Source of the DNA: Basidiobolus meristosporus CBS 931.73
Taxonomy: Eukaryota; Fungi; Basidiobolomycota
Direction: 5' to 3'
Assembly: GCA_002104905.1 (NCBI GenBank)
Contig: MCFE01000254.1
Span: forward strand, 1 to 64,000
Length of the DNA: 64,000 nt
This document shows, piece by piece, positions 24,241-37,000 of this stretch. The notes beneath the pieces were generated by a model, which was not told where the DNA came from, made no database searches, and worked only from the letters and a program-made list of their open reading frames with translations. Position 1 is the first letter of the stretch, and each line of letters opens with the position of its first letter. The position numbers were made by a program, and so were the translations under genes.

Positions 24241-24649
24241 TGGCCAATGTGTGACTAAATGGCATTTTGGAAGTCTTAATTAGCTGGTAAGATATTAGTG
24301 ATATATTAGTGGTCAGTGAATAGACAAAGATAAGGTAGGTGTAAAGATCTAGCAGTAGTCAAGGCAAAGGTAGAGGGAAAAAAGCCTCCAATGCCAAACA
24401 GAGAGGAACATATGGAAAGTGCCTTTTTTTTGACAAAGTTTAGCTAGCAGGTTAAAATGGGTTGAAAGGGCTTAAACACAGTATAAAAAAGTGGTAACAT
24501 TCAAGAAATGTACCAAAGCATAGGTGGCAGCTGAATAGGCTGGGATCAGAGAACGGGAGAATTAGTGGAGAACAAATCAGGAATTCATCTTAGCAATGGC
24601 CTTTTGACCAAATCATCATAAATATGAGAAACTTCAATGTCCAGTTACA

Positions 24650-26010
24650 TTGACAGGCTTGTATCTGGACCCTCCAATGAAAATCCAGCACATTCAAGAA
24701 ACATCATATGCTACCAAGTCCATCCAGTCCTTAAGAATCCCTATAAGCATCCACCTCCCTGAATCCAGCTCTGTCTGTGTCCTTGCCCTCATAAATTCTG
24801 GTGCTTCCTCCTATTTCATTGACCAGTCATTTGTCCAGAAGCACAAAATCCCCACTGTCCTGAAATCCTGTCCTGTCCAAGTAGAAGTTATTGATGGAAG
24901 GTCCCTCTCTTTCAGTGCTGTTACACATAAGACATGTCTACTCCAGCTGTCCAGTACTGGTCACCACAAGACACTAGCCTTCAACATCATCAACTCTCCC
25001 CACCACTCCATAGTCCTTGGAAGCTCATGGCTCAGTTACCATAACCCAGCTATCAACTGGAAGACCAAAATCCTGACATTCCCCAGAATCCACCATGTCA
25101 ACTCCATGAAATCACCAGATCTTTCAGGTAAAGAAGTATCCATTTCCCAAGCTACCCCAGACCCAGGAGCCCATCATTACTGAAGGGACCCCACCCAATG
25201 AAATACCTGCCAAGTATCAAGAGTTTGTCCATGTCTTTGACAAGAAGAAAACCAGACTACTCCCAGCCCATAGACCCTATGATTGTGCCATTGACCTTGA
25301 AGAAGGAAAACCTCACCTTTTGGTCCTATTTACAGCCTCTTGCAGCCCAAGTTGAAAGAACTCCATGGCTATATTCAGGAAAACCTCCAGAAAGGCTTTA
25401 TTCAGCACACTAAGTTTTGTCCCAATTCTCTTCGTCAAAAAAAAGGATGGTACCCTAAGAATGTGTGTAGACTACTGTGCACTAAATAAGATCACATTCA
25501 AGAACTGGTACCCTTTACTCCTGATCAACACTCTGTTGGATCAACTCTCTGCTGCCAAAGTATTTAACCATGATTGACCTCAGAGGAGCATATAACCTTG
25601 TTAGGATCAAGCCTGGTGATGAATGGAAAACTGCATTCAGAACAGGATATGACCATTTTGAGTATAGAGTTATGCCATTTGGCTTCACCAATACCCTAGC
25701 TGTCTTTCAACACCTGATGAATGACAGATTCTGTAAATACCTTGACCAATTTGTGATTATCTACCTTGATGACATCTTGATCTACTCCAAGACCCAAGAA
25801 GATCGTAATTCCAATGTCAAGAAAGTTTTGACCAAACTTGACACTGCTGGCCTCTATGCCAAACTGGAGAAATGTGAGTTTGACCAGAAAGAAGTTGAGC
25901 TCTTAGGTTATCTTAACAGCTCAAATGGAGCAAGAATGGACCCCAAGAAAGTAGTAGCCATCCAGTTATGGAAAACTCCCTGTTCTATAAAAGAAGTGCA
26001 TTCCTTCCTT
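24650..26010 (+). pseudogene. Ty3/Gypsy protease-RT remnant (chromovirus/Tf2-like)
   Basis: ALINSGASSYFID; [15 protein letters not shown]; [32 protein letters not shown]; frameshifted. Confidence 0.9.
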
Positions 26011-26570
26011 GAATCTGCCCTTTGCCTGATACAATACTGAACAATTGTTGGTCTAAGTAGATCATATATATAGTATATGAGGAAAGTTATTATTCAGATC
26101 CAGTTATGGATATATGGAGCATAGTATAAGTGAGTTTGACTATATACTGGAACTATGGATGATCCAGATTTACTGGAGAGAAGACCACATCTTAGCTATG
26201 CCAATTATTTTCTAGTTTTACTCAAATAAAAAATAGCAGAAAGCCTCAGAGTGCAGCCATCTGATGATAGAATGGATGATGTGATATGATCAGTATTGTA
26301 AAAGTTGTATATCAATCAAGTGGATGATACTCATCCAGAGATATTTTGTGATGAGATCAGTATTCAGACTCAAAGTTATTTGATCTGAAGTATGTAAATG
26401 ACAATATGGACTTATACTTAGTTATAACAGATAATATGCAATCCTTAGCATATATAAGAGAATATATTAGCTCAATAGGTTATATGGTAAATTGCAGGTT
26501 TAATCCAACCAGAAGATTCACATTACCACAGCTAGTTCATCAATGTATGAATATATTATGTAAGTGGGAG

Positions 26571-26920
26571 AGTTGAAATAATTAGGAGTCCATCTAAATA
26601 CTAATATATTATGAGCTAGCACTTAGTTAAAATGTCATATCTCAGAATATTAACTCAAATATTAGTTTGTAAGATATTTGCAAGTAATTAGAAATGAGTG
26701 AAGTACAAAGTTTTATGAAAATTTGAAACTTGTCCAAATTTGCTGAAACTTGGCACATGTACTCCTGAGACTCACGCAACAATGAACAAATTGTTACATC
26801 TACATGGCTCTGCAATAAATATAAATACTGTGTTGCAACTCAATAAATCAGTAAGTGAATATCATGTAAATCTTCTAATTCTCCATTTTACTTCCTGTAT
26901 ATCTCTCTGATATTTCAATA
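26571..26920 (+). repeat. LTR of a third family (D), probably a 3' LTR
   Basis: 350 bp, AGTTGAAATA..TATTTCAATA, preceded by AAGTGGGAG (Copia-A-like PPT); homologous to the split LTR at 34033-38813. Confidence 0.65.
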
Positions 26921-27639
26921 GATAATGCACCTACAGAGCAACAATTGATTTCTCAGGAGTTAGAGGCAGAGCCATCTGAGCTACACTCCAGTGTTGAAAA
27001 TGTGTTTGCAGTGAAAGGCAATCTGTCTACAATAATCCCTACATTGCTCATTGACACAGAGTGAAGACTCCACTGACTGACAAAGCAACAGTATCAAGAA
27101 TACACAAGACCATCACAATGTCTACAGTGAGACTTTGGGGCAATATGAGGCACAGCAAATGGTTGAAGCACTCCTCCAAGAACAGTGCTCAAGAAAATGC
27201 ACTTGAACATTGCAATAGCCAATCAATCTACACAAATGTAGGAGTAGATTGCATGTAGGGATAAGAGTGTGAGAGAATAGAAAGAGAACCAATCAAATGC
27301 CACTCAAACATGGCTATGAAGAGATATTTGACTAGTTTACTTGGGCAATATGTGGTGTAATTCCTTACCAAAAATTGCAAAGTGCCCTTGCAGCTTCAAT
27401 TGTTCACTAAGTCAAAGCATTTGAGCTCTGTGGCAGTCTTTTGACAGGATCATCAGAGTTATGTTTCATTTGGACTGTGGACAGCATTAGCACAGTAAGA
27501 CAGTCTACATCTAGTCTGGTTTAATGCCACTGTACTAGTTTTCACCATGGCACTTCCCATTGCTATGCCCTCTGGTGCAATTCATATTTTTTACTGTAGA
27601 ATTGCCCCTCTTTATTTGCTTACCTGTAACTATAATGGA

Positions 27640-28800
27640 TATTCTGCACATAGCTGGAATAAAACTAATTATACAACTTTTTTCACATGGGAATTATGAT
27701 CATCTTGAGTTTTGGAGTATATCAATGTATCTTCAAGGTACATAACCACAAATTGGTCAAGGTATACATAGAATGCACTGCCCATTGGGATTTAAGAATA
27801 TCAGTGTTGTTGTTTCTTCTGGGAGAGAAGTTGTCATATGTAGTTGCTTGAGGTAAAGCTTCATCCAAAGTAATTGTCTTGAGGAGTGTGTGAAGTTTAT
27901 CACTGACTTCATCATTAAGTACATCCTAAACCAACTAATCAGGACGGCATCACCCCAATGGCTCAAGTTGCTGGCCAGTGGCCAGAATAAAGAAACATAC
28001 ACATGTGCAGGCCAATTTTGTTGCTTTAAGCTCTAGATCTTGCTGGCTGCAGTTCTGGCTTAGTCAATCTTGCCTAATATTACTTCAATTTGGTGAGAAT
28101 ATTATGGCCAACAGTAGTTTCTACCTAAAGAGAGGTTAATATTGTTACAAGTCTTGGCATAAGAGCTATAGAGGAAATAGGGAGTTTAGCTAGTATTGTA
28201 TTCACTAAAACTTGAACTAATTTTTATTGATTTTCCAGTTGCACCTTATATACATTTTGCCATATTAAATGCTGACTACCTGTATTTCCTAGTGTAGGCT
28301 GTGGCTTATGACTCATTTGATTGCATCATCATTACCCAAAAAGATCTTAGTTAATATTTCTATTTCTGTCTGATAAAGATCTGCTGATTCATTTGCTGAC
28401 TTATGCTACTGATTTGATAGATAATACCAATATGCTGATAGGCTAAACATGTAACTAGTTGATCTGACTAAAAACTGATCTAACTTAAACATTCAAGCAG
28501 TAGATCATGACAATATTTGTGTGGCACCAGTAAAGAATCCTTATGAAAAATCACTTGGTCTCACAGGTGTATCCAGTGCAGATCAGCTACCAAGATCCCA
28601 TTGGGAGACCACTATAAAACCAGCAGCTTGGATTAAATGACAATCTACATAATCTTATGACAGGATCACAAAGGCACTTGGCTTATTTTACAGCCAAATA
28701 AAGTTAAAAAATATAGCTGTGTTTGTACAGTGTTTAGCAAGGGTAGCATTGCATTGCTGTGGTCTTAGTGTGCTCTACAACTGCTTGTGTGGATATAACT
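27640..28800 (-). pseudogene. Internally deleted Gypsy: gag joined to an RT fragment
   Basis: gag-like AASKI.SLKQ..YVSLF..LASNLSHWGDAVLISWF..NDEVSDKL..TLDEA. 27645-27745 encodes YLDQFVVMYLEDTLIYSKTQ and aligns to 25735-25830. Outer boundaries uncertain. Confidence 0.65.
28143..28512 (-). repeat. Solo LTR, Gypsy family C
   Basis: 370 bp, TG..CA, 4-bp TSD ATAT. Orientation taken from the PBS/PPT of 49209-50473. Confidence 0.9.
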
Positions 28801-28872
28801 GGCCAGTACATCCAATTGGCTAATATGGCAAAGAACTTGACAGTGCTCTGAGGGCCTCATTGTGGGCCTCTG

Positions 28873-29259
28873 ATGGTATTATCTTGGCCATATGGCAACT
28901 CACAACCAGCTGTGTATTATGCTCCCATACCAATCTACCAACCGGTATTTCCGTTTTTACCACCCCTTGCATCAGTACTAACATACAGTATGCCAATAGC
29001 AGGAATATATTGGTTGCAACTTGCAAAAAAAACTTCTTTAACTGTTGAATCAACATCTGCAGAAAAAACTTATGTGACCCATGAACCAATTGTAGAAGAA
29101 ATAGTTTTACCTATATATGCATCATCACTTGAAGAAACATATGACCTTAGTGATGGTTCAACCGTAAGCAAAAATCTATTATATGATGATATGGATGCTA
29201 AATCAGCAACTATGGCCCATTTGGATAAAGATGTGACGGATATTGTAGATATATATAAT
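28873..29259 (+). other. Unassigned ORF interrupted by a MITE
   Basis: 129 open codons up to the MITE, and the frame stays open for about 22 codons after it; no recognisable domain. Confidence 0.2.
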
Positions 29260-29993
29260 AGACTTGTTCCATTGGATAGTGCCACATTGAGCCATGAGTG
29301 CCAAATGATGCCATAGTGTGCCAGAGAGGCCAAGTGAGCCTCTACCTGGCCACAGAGTGTGAAACATAGCTCTGCATCTTCATGCAAAGCAGCCCCTGTG
29401 TTTCACCCATTGTGTTGGAGAAAATCCATTTTTTGACCTTTTTTTTTGGATCAATGTTGTGCAGGATGTGTTAGAGCACAAGCAGATTGAAGATATGCAT
29501 CTGGTACTCAATACCCATGGCACTCTGAATCTAGCTCCTGTAGCTTGTATCATGTCACAAAAATGAATGGCACTATCTTGGTCCACTGGTACTATCTGGC
29601 ACTATGAGTGCTTTGTATAGATCTTACATTAGGTCTAATATTTAAATATAGTGCCAGATAGTACCAGTGGACCAAGATAGTGCCATTCATTTTTGTGACA
29701 TGATACAAGCTACAGGAGCTTGATTCAGAGTGCCATGGGTATTGAGTGCCAGACGCATATCTTCAGCTCTCCTGTGCTCTTACACATCCTGAGCTACATT
29801 GATCCACAAAAAAAGGTCAAAAAATGGATTTTCTCCAACACAATGGGTGAAACACAGGGGCTGCTTTACATGAAGATGCAGAGCTATGTTTCACACTCTG
29901 TGGCCAAGTATAGGCTCACTTTACCTCTTTGGCACACTATGGCATCATTTGGCACTCATGGCTCAATGTGGCACTATCCAACGGAACAAGTCT
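29260..29993. mobile_element. Complete foldback PHIS MITE (734 bp)
   Basis: Inverted arms 29260-29605 and 29648-29993 (346 bp each), 42-bp spacer, TSD AAT. Confidence 0.95.
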
Positions 29994-30062
29994 AATATAT
30001 CAGACAAGGAAATATTGCTAATAAAATGCAACATAATCCTGTACTCATGGAGTACATCGTCC

Positions 30063-33000
30063 AACTTAGTTCTCCAAGATTCTTCATCTCAGACTTGCTG
30101 AAGAGATCTGACTTTGTCTGTATAAGTGCCTCCTGATCACCTGTAGCTATTATGACGCCATCCACATTACAAACTAGGATGATCACACCCTTTTTTGGCT
30201 GTTTCACATACTCACTGTGATTGGCAGTGGTACAAATGAACCCAATCTCCTCTAGAAATGTGTCAAACTGGTTATACCGTGCTCTAGGTACCTGCTTAAG
30301 CCCATACAGCAGTTTCCTAAGCTTGTACACCTTATGGGAGTCCTGTGGATCAGTAAAACCTTCTGGTTGCTCCATATATATAGTTTCTTGTAAATCCCCA
30401 TTTAGAAAGGTTGTTTTGACAACCATTTGGTATAGATCTGCACTGTGTACAGCTGCCAGGGCTAGAACTGTTGTATGGAGTTAAACTTGGCAACTGGATC
30501 AAATGTTGCCTTAAATTCCAGTCTCTGGATCTGGGAAAATCCATCAGCCACCAATCTACCCTTATACTTATCAATAGTACCACTGGAAGTTGTTTTGACC
30601 TGGTAGACCCATCTACATCTTATTGACTCTCTCCCATTTGGCAATTCTCCCAGTTCCTAAACTTTTGCCTTAATCAGTGACTGGTACTCCTCTTGCATGG
30701 TTTGTTGCTATATTGTAGCATCTGTAATTTACATTGCTTGTTCCAGATTCTGGGACTCAGCACATATGGCATGATAAGCTTCTTCATCATCATTAGATGT
30801 CTACCACCAGGATTCAGGGGCACTTCTAATTCTTGTTGATCTCCTAACTAGAATATTCTGCTCTGATTGGAAAGTGGTAGAATTACTCTTTGTATCTGGC
30901 AAAAATAGGTACATATTGTCTTCATTAGTGTTGATTGCATCATCAGGTGGCTTTTCTGATCTGAACTCTCCTCAAATACAATATCCCTGCACTTGATCAG
31001 CTTCTAAATCTTGCCATTATATACTAGACTTGTTCCGTTGGATAGTGCCACATTGAGCCATGAGTGCCAAATGATGCCATAGTGTGCCAAAGAGGTAAAG
31101 TGAGCCTATACTTGGCCACAGAGTGTGGAACATAGCTCTGCATCTTCATGTAAAGCAGCCCCTGTGTTTCACCCATTGTGTTGGAGAAAATCCATTTTTT
31201 GACCTTTTTTTGTGGATCAATGTAGCTCAGGATGTGTGAGAGCACAGGAGAACTGAAGGTATGCATCTGGTACTCAGTACCCATGGCACTCTGAATTTAG
31301 CTCCTGTAGCTTGTATCATGTCACAAAAATGAATGGCACTATCTTGGTCCACTGGTACTATCTGGCACTATATTTAAATATTAACCCTAAAGTAAGATCT
31401 ATACAAAGCACTTATACTGCTAGATAGTACCAGTGGACCAAGATAGTGCCATTCATTTTTGTGACATGATACAAGCTACAGGAGCTAGATTCAGAGTGCC
31501 ATGGGTATTGAGTACCTGATGCATATCTTCAATCTGCTTGTGCTCTAACATATCCTGCACAACATTGGTCCAAAAAAAAGGTCAAAAAATGGATTTTCTC
31601 CAACACAATGGGTGAAACACAGGGGCTGCTTTGCATGAAGATGCAGAGCTATGTTTCACACCATGTGGCCAGGTAGAGGCTCAATTGGCCTCTCTGGCAC
31701 ACTATGGCATCATTTGGCACTCATGGCTCAATGTGGCACTATCCAACGGAACAAGTCTACTATATACCATTTAGTATCATCACAACACCCAGGAAAGATC
31801 CCTTTTCTACTCTTTGTTTCCAGCTTTGAGTGGCTTTTGTCAGGGATATGAGATAAATTATCACTACCAAGGATCCTGAGATGCTGGAGGTCTGGCTTTT
31901 TACCTATATTTGCTTCAAAGGGTGTAGAATTAAATAGTGCTGTTGTTAGGCATCTATTCTGGATGTATACAGCAGTAGCACAGATTCAGCCCAAAGCTTG
32001 TAGTCCATTCCCTTAGCCTGTAGCATATATATTCCCATTCCTACTAATGCTCTATTTGTACATTCTGCTATTCCATTTTGCTGTGGAGTATGTGGAACTG
32101 TGGTCTGTTACGGTATACCAGTAGATGAGCAGTATTTTGCAGACTCCTATGAGCAAGATTCCGCTCCATTGTCACTCTGCATTAACTTCAATTTACACCC
32201 AGTTTGTGTTTGTACCATGCTTGTGAAGTGCTTATATATCTCTAAAGCCTCATCCTTTGTCTTGAGGATGTACACCTTAATTTATCTTGTCTTGACATCA
32301 ATTATTGTCATAAAGTATCTCTTGGCTCCAAAGGACTATGTTCTCATTGGGCCACATGTGTTGGAGTGTACAATAGGCAGTATCTTGGTGATTTTTATAC
32401 CTTGTGAGCTCCTGAAACACAGCCTAGCTTGTTTGTCATATGAGCATCTCTTAAAGACATTCAATCTGATCAGAATTAAATAATTTGAGCCCAAAACAAG
32501 CTGATTTGAGATCAATTGACTCATTTTCTGTTACCCAATGTGTCCTAGCCTCCTATGTCCCATCTCCTAGTTAGTTTTGTTGGTTTCTGCAGTGTAGACA
32601 TACTCAGGAACAATGATCTTGCATTGTAACTTGTATGTAATTTGATCTCTGAATACCACAGCTAGTTTTTGTCTACTTTAACTTAATATTTAGCTGCTCA
32701 GTTTAGTGAAGACAAATTTAAATCCCTGAGCAGTTACTCTACCAACTGAGAGTAGGTTAATAGCTATACCAGGTACATAGAGTACATCAGTTAGTTTTGT
32801 TGTTGTAGCCACTAAGATTTCACCCATATTTAGTTGTAAAGTCCCACTGGTGGTAGCTTTGATTGCACAGTTGTTTCCCAGATAAACCTTTTTTACAGGA
32901 ATGCTCTTCAAGTTGCCAAACCACTCCTTTATGCCACAAATATGCTGTGAGGCTCCAAAGTCAATATACCATTCATTACTTTGGTTACTTGCACTCTCTT

Positions 33001-33485
33001 GCACAGTTACAAATAACTGTTCATCAGTAGTTATATGGTTACTTCTCTAAAGTCTGTAGTTTTTCCCATCAAACCTCTCCTTTACAAGGAAGATGTTTGT
33101 ATTATTCTGTTTGCTGGTAGAAATCACTTCTAAAATAGATTAAGGCAATTGGGGTGCATAACCTGTTGCAATTAGAGATGTGACCTGGATATAAGGAACT
33201 TGTCAAGAAATAGTGAGAATAGTTCAACTGTTGTTTATTCATAGGGAGGGTCAGTATTTGTACCTTTGCAGAAGTACACAGCTGTAGCAATACGTCAGGA
33301 GGGTTTCTCAACCTTCAGGAGCATTCTGTAGCAGTTTCAGGGTTAGTACATATTGTTTGGTAAAAGTGCCAATTTGATCCTGACTATATGGGAATAATCA
33401 TAGGATAATATATCTGAAGAAAGTGGCAAAGGTAGGGCTATTAATTAGTCCTACTGTAACTAAGACTAGTCCAAAATTGTTAAGT
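30063..33485 (-). mobile_element. Degenerate Copia family B copy
   Basis: LTR 33164-33485 (truncated), PBS remnant GGTTATGCACCCC, deleted gag, and PR/INT/RT fragments collinear with 41681-45598. Confidence 0.85.
31026..31758. mobile_element. Complete foldback PHIS MITE (733 bp), opposite orientation to 29260
   Basis: Arms 31026-31371 and 31414-31758, 42-bp spacer reverse-complemented, TSD ACT. Confidence 0.95.
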
Positions 33486-33850
33486 TGTTACAAATCTTGG
33501 TATAAGAGTTGTAGAGGAATAGGGAGTTTAGCTAGTATTGTATTCACTAAAACTTGAACTGATTTTATTGAGGTTCCAGCAGCTCCTTATATACATTTTG
33601 TCAGATCAATCGCTGACTAATTGTATTTCCTAATGTAGGTTGTGGCTGATGACTCATGTGATTGCATCATCATCACCCAATAAGAACCTACTTAATATAT
33701 CTATTTCTGTCTGATAAGGATCTGCTGATTCATTTGCTGACTAATGCTACTGATTTCATAGATAATACTGTTATACTGATAACCTAAATATACTGATTGA
33801 TTTGACTAAAAACTGATCTAACTTAAACATTCAAGCAGCAGATCATAGCA
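33486..33850 (-). repeat. LTR, Gypsy family C, no TSD
   Basis: 365 bp; flanks AAGT / CTAC do not match. Confidence 0.85.
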
Positions 33851-34032
33851 CTACTTCAAAATTGCAGAGCTAAATGTGCAAATAACAGATTGATGAAGAC
33901 AGAAAGATGTATGCTTTATGATCAGGTAATGTACCACATGTTTTGAACTGAAACAGCTGCAATCACAGTATATATCAGCAATAGATGCACAACAACTGCA
34001 TATACTGATTCTGCACCCTGTGAAGCGTATAC

Positions 34033-37000
34033 TTGTGAAATAATCAGTAGTCCACCTAATTATTAGTATACAATGAACTAACACTGGGTTAAATGGAATA
34101 TTTTGGAATATTCACTTAGAATCAGTTTGATAGATGTTTGCTAATTTTCAGAAATTAGTAAGGTACTGAATTTTAGGAAAATCTGCAACTTGCACAAATG
34201 AGCTGAAACTTTTGCAATTTAAGAAGTGATTTGTGTGTAAGGAACCTATCATGAAATAGTGATGATAGTTCAACTATTGTTTATTCATAAGGATGGTCAG
34301 TATATGTACCTTTGTAGAAGTATACAGCTGTAACACTAAGTCAGAAGGGTTTTCAACAATCAGGCGCAATCTGTAACAACTTCAGGGTTAGTACATAATG
34401 TTTGGTAAAAGTGCTAACTTGATCTTGGCTAGATTGGAATTGTCATAGGATCATAGATCTGAAGAAACTGGCAAAGGTAGGTCTGTGAATTAGTGCTACA
34501 GCAACCTAGACTAGTCCAGAATTGTTGAGTAAATTTATAGCTGCTGAATGATACAAAATAGTCCAGTATATTAACACTCCCCCCAACTAAATAATTTCTT
34601 TATCCTAGTTTCTCTCAAAGGTTCTCAAATTGTTGTCTAGCTAATGGTTTTCTCTATACATCTGCCACCATTTTGTCAGTTGGACAGTAAACTAACTTGC
34701 AAATGATACCAAATAGTTCATATTTCAAGCTCCCATTACTAATAATCTCTTAATCCTAATTCTCTGTGAGATTCTCAATTGTGGTCTAACAGTGTTTTAT
34801 CAGTATATCTGCCACCATTTTGTCAGTTGGACAGTAAGCTAACTCTACTAAGTTATTTTTACAGCTTCCCTCACAAAGTGGTAGTGTATATCTAGGTGAT
34901 TAGTTCTGCATGATTAGTAGGATTTCTAGCTTATGAAGTACCACTTTGATTATGTTTGTAAGTACATGTTGGTTCATCTGAATGGAAGCCTAAGTCTTTG
35001 AATAATATTTGTAGCCATGTAGCCTCCTTAGGTGCTTGGCAAGCAGCAAGATGTTTAGCTCCAGTTGTTGATAAGACCACTGTTGGTTGTTTCTTGCAAT
35101 TCCATGTAATAGCTGCACCAGCATAAAGGAGTACAAAATCAATGGTATAGCATCCGTCAATCAGATCTCTCCCAAATCTGAATCGCCTATAACCATCAGA
35201 ATCTTGCCTATTAGCTGCTCCAGAATATTCCAGTACAATAGTCATAGTACCTTGTAGATATCTGAAAGTCCACTTAACTGTTGTAATTTGATCTGATTCA
35301 TAATCCTGCATGAATTGACTGACTATTCCAACTACCTCTACAATATCTGGTCACGTAGACACCATGACATATATTGGGCTACCAACCATTGATTGATTGG
35401 CAAAGTACTGGTCAATATTTGATCCACTCTCACCTAAAACTGGTGGAGTTCTGCTCAATTCCAGGTTATTGTCTATAAGGATAGCTGCCGGCTTGCAATT
35501 TGCCATTTTGAGGCCTCTAAGAATGTTTCTGATGTACTCAGGCTAGTTCAGCACAATCTTCTGCCTAGGTAAGTCAAATATGATTTCAAATCCAAGAAAA
35601 TAGCACAATTTTCAAGATCTTTCATCTCAAACTTGTTAAAGAGATCTGAATTTGCCTGTTCAAGTGCCTCCTGGTCACTTGTAGCTATTTTTGGTTGTTC
35701 ACATAGAGAGCTAGGATGATCACACCCTTTCTGAGTTGTTTAACAAATGTACTGTGATTGGCAGTGCTACAAATGTACTCAATCTCCTGTAGATATGTGT
35801 CAATCTTGCTATACCATGCTCCAGGTGCCTGCTTAAGGCCACACAACAGTTTCCTCATTTTACACACCTTATGGGATCTTTATGGCTCAGTTAGACCTTC
35901 TAGTTGCTCCATATATATAGCTTCTTGCAAGTTCTCATCTAGAAAGGCTACTTTGATGTTGCTTTGGTGTAGATCTAGATTGGATACAGCTGCCAAGGCT
36001 AGAACTGTCTTAATGGAGTTAAGCTTGATACTATTTGAGGTTGTCTTGATCTTGTAGATCCTTATCTTCCTCATCTGGCTGAATTAGGTACATATCTTCT
36101 TCATTAATGTTGATTGCATCATTAGGCAGCTTGCCAGTGATTTCAATGGCTTTCAGATCTGAATTCTCCTCTAATACAACATTGCTGCTCTTGATCAGCT
36201 TCTAAGCTTTGCCATCATACACTCTGTACCGTTCAGTATCATCACAATATCTAAGACAGATCCCTTTTTGAACTTTTGATTCCAGCTTTGAGAGTTTTTT
36301 GTCTGGGATGTGATAAAAGACAACACTGCCAAATGATCCTAAGGTGCCTGAGGTCAGGTTTTTTGCCTGTTTATGCTTCAAAGAGTGTAGAGTCATGTAG
36401 TGCTGTTGTTGGGCATCTATATCTGATGTGAACCACAGTAATAACCAATCTAGACCAAATCTGTAGCAAATTCTCTTATCATGTGGCATAGATATTCCAT
36501 CTCTACTATTGTTCTGTTTGCACATTCTGCTACTCTGTTTGGCTGTGAAGTATGTGGAACAGTAGTCTACTGTAATATGCCAGTGGATGAGTTTTTTTGT
36601 AAACTCCATTGAGAACTATATCCCTCCATTGTCACATTGAAGTATATTCAATTTGCACTCAGCTTAAGTTTCTACGATGTCCTTGAAGTGTTCAAGTGTC
36701 TCCAAGCCTCATCTTTTGTTTTAAGGAAGTATACCCATGTACCTCTTGTCTTGTCATCAGTAAGCACCGTGAAGTATCTCTTGGCTCCAAACAAAGGTGT
36801 TCTCATGGACCTCCATATGTCTGAGTATTCAATAGCTAGTATTTTAGTGGCATTGATCCTTCCTGAGCTCCTGAAATATTGCCTAGCTAGCTTGCCATAT
36901 GAACATCCCTTACAGACAGAGAATATGATTGGAATTGGGTAATACAGGCCTAAAACAAGCTGATTTATCATCAGTTTACTCATCTTCTATTCACCAATGT

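Noticed and set aside
22861-24311. CACTA/TAGTG pentamers at 22861, 24296 and 24307 as CACTA termini
   Set aside because: 22861 lies inside transposase-homologous sequence and no extended TIR or TSD is present; chance matches.
29380-31851. Recurrent small ORFs (MDQDSAIHFC.., MFHTLWPSIG.., ..WHHLALMAQCGTIQ)
   Set aside because: They are translations of the palindromic MITE arms and recur only because the MITE is repeated.
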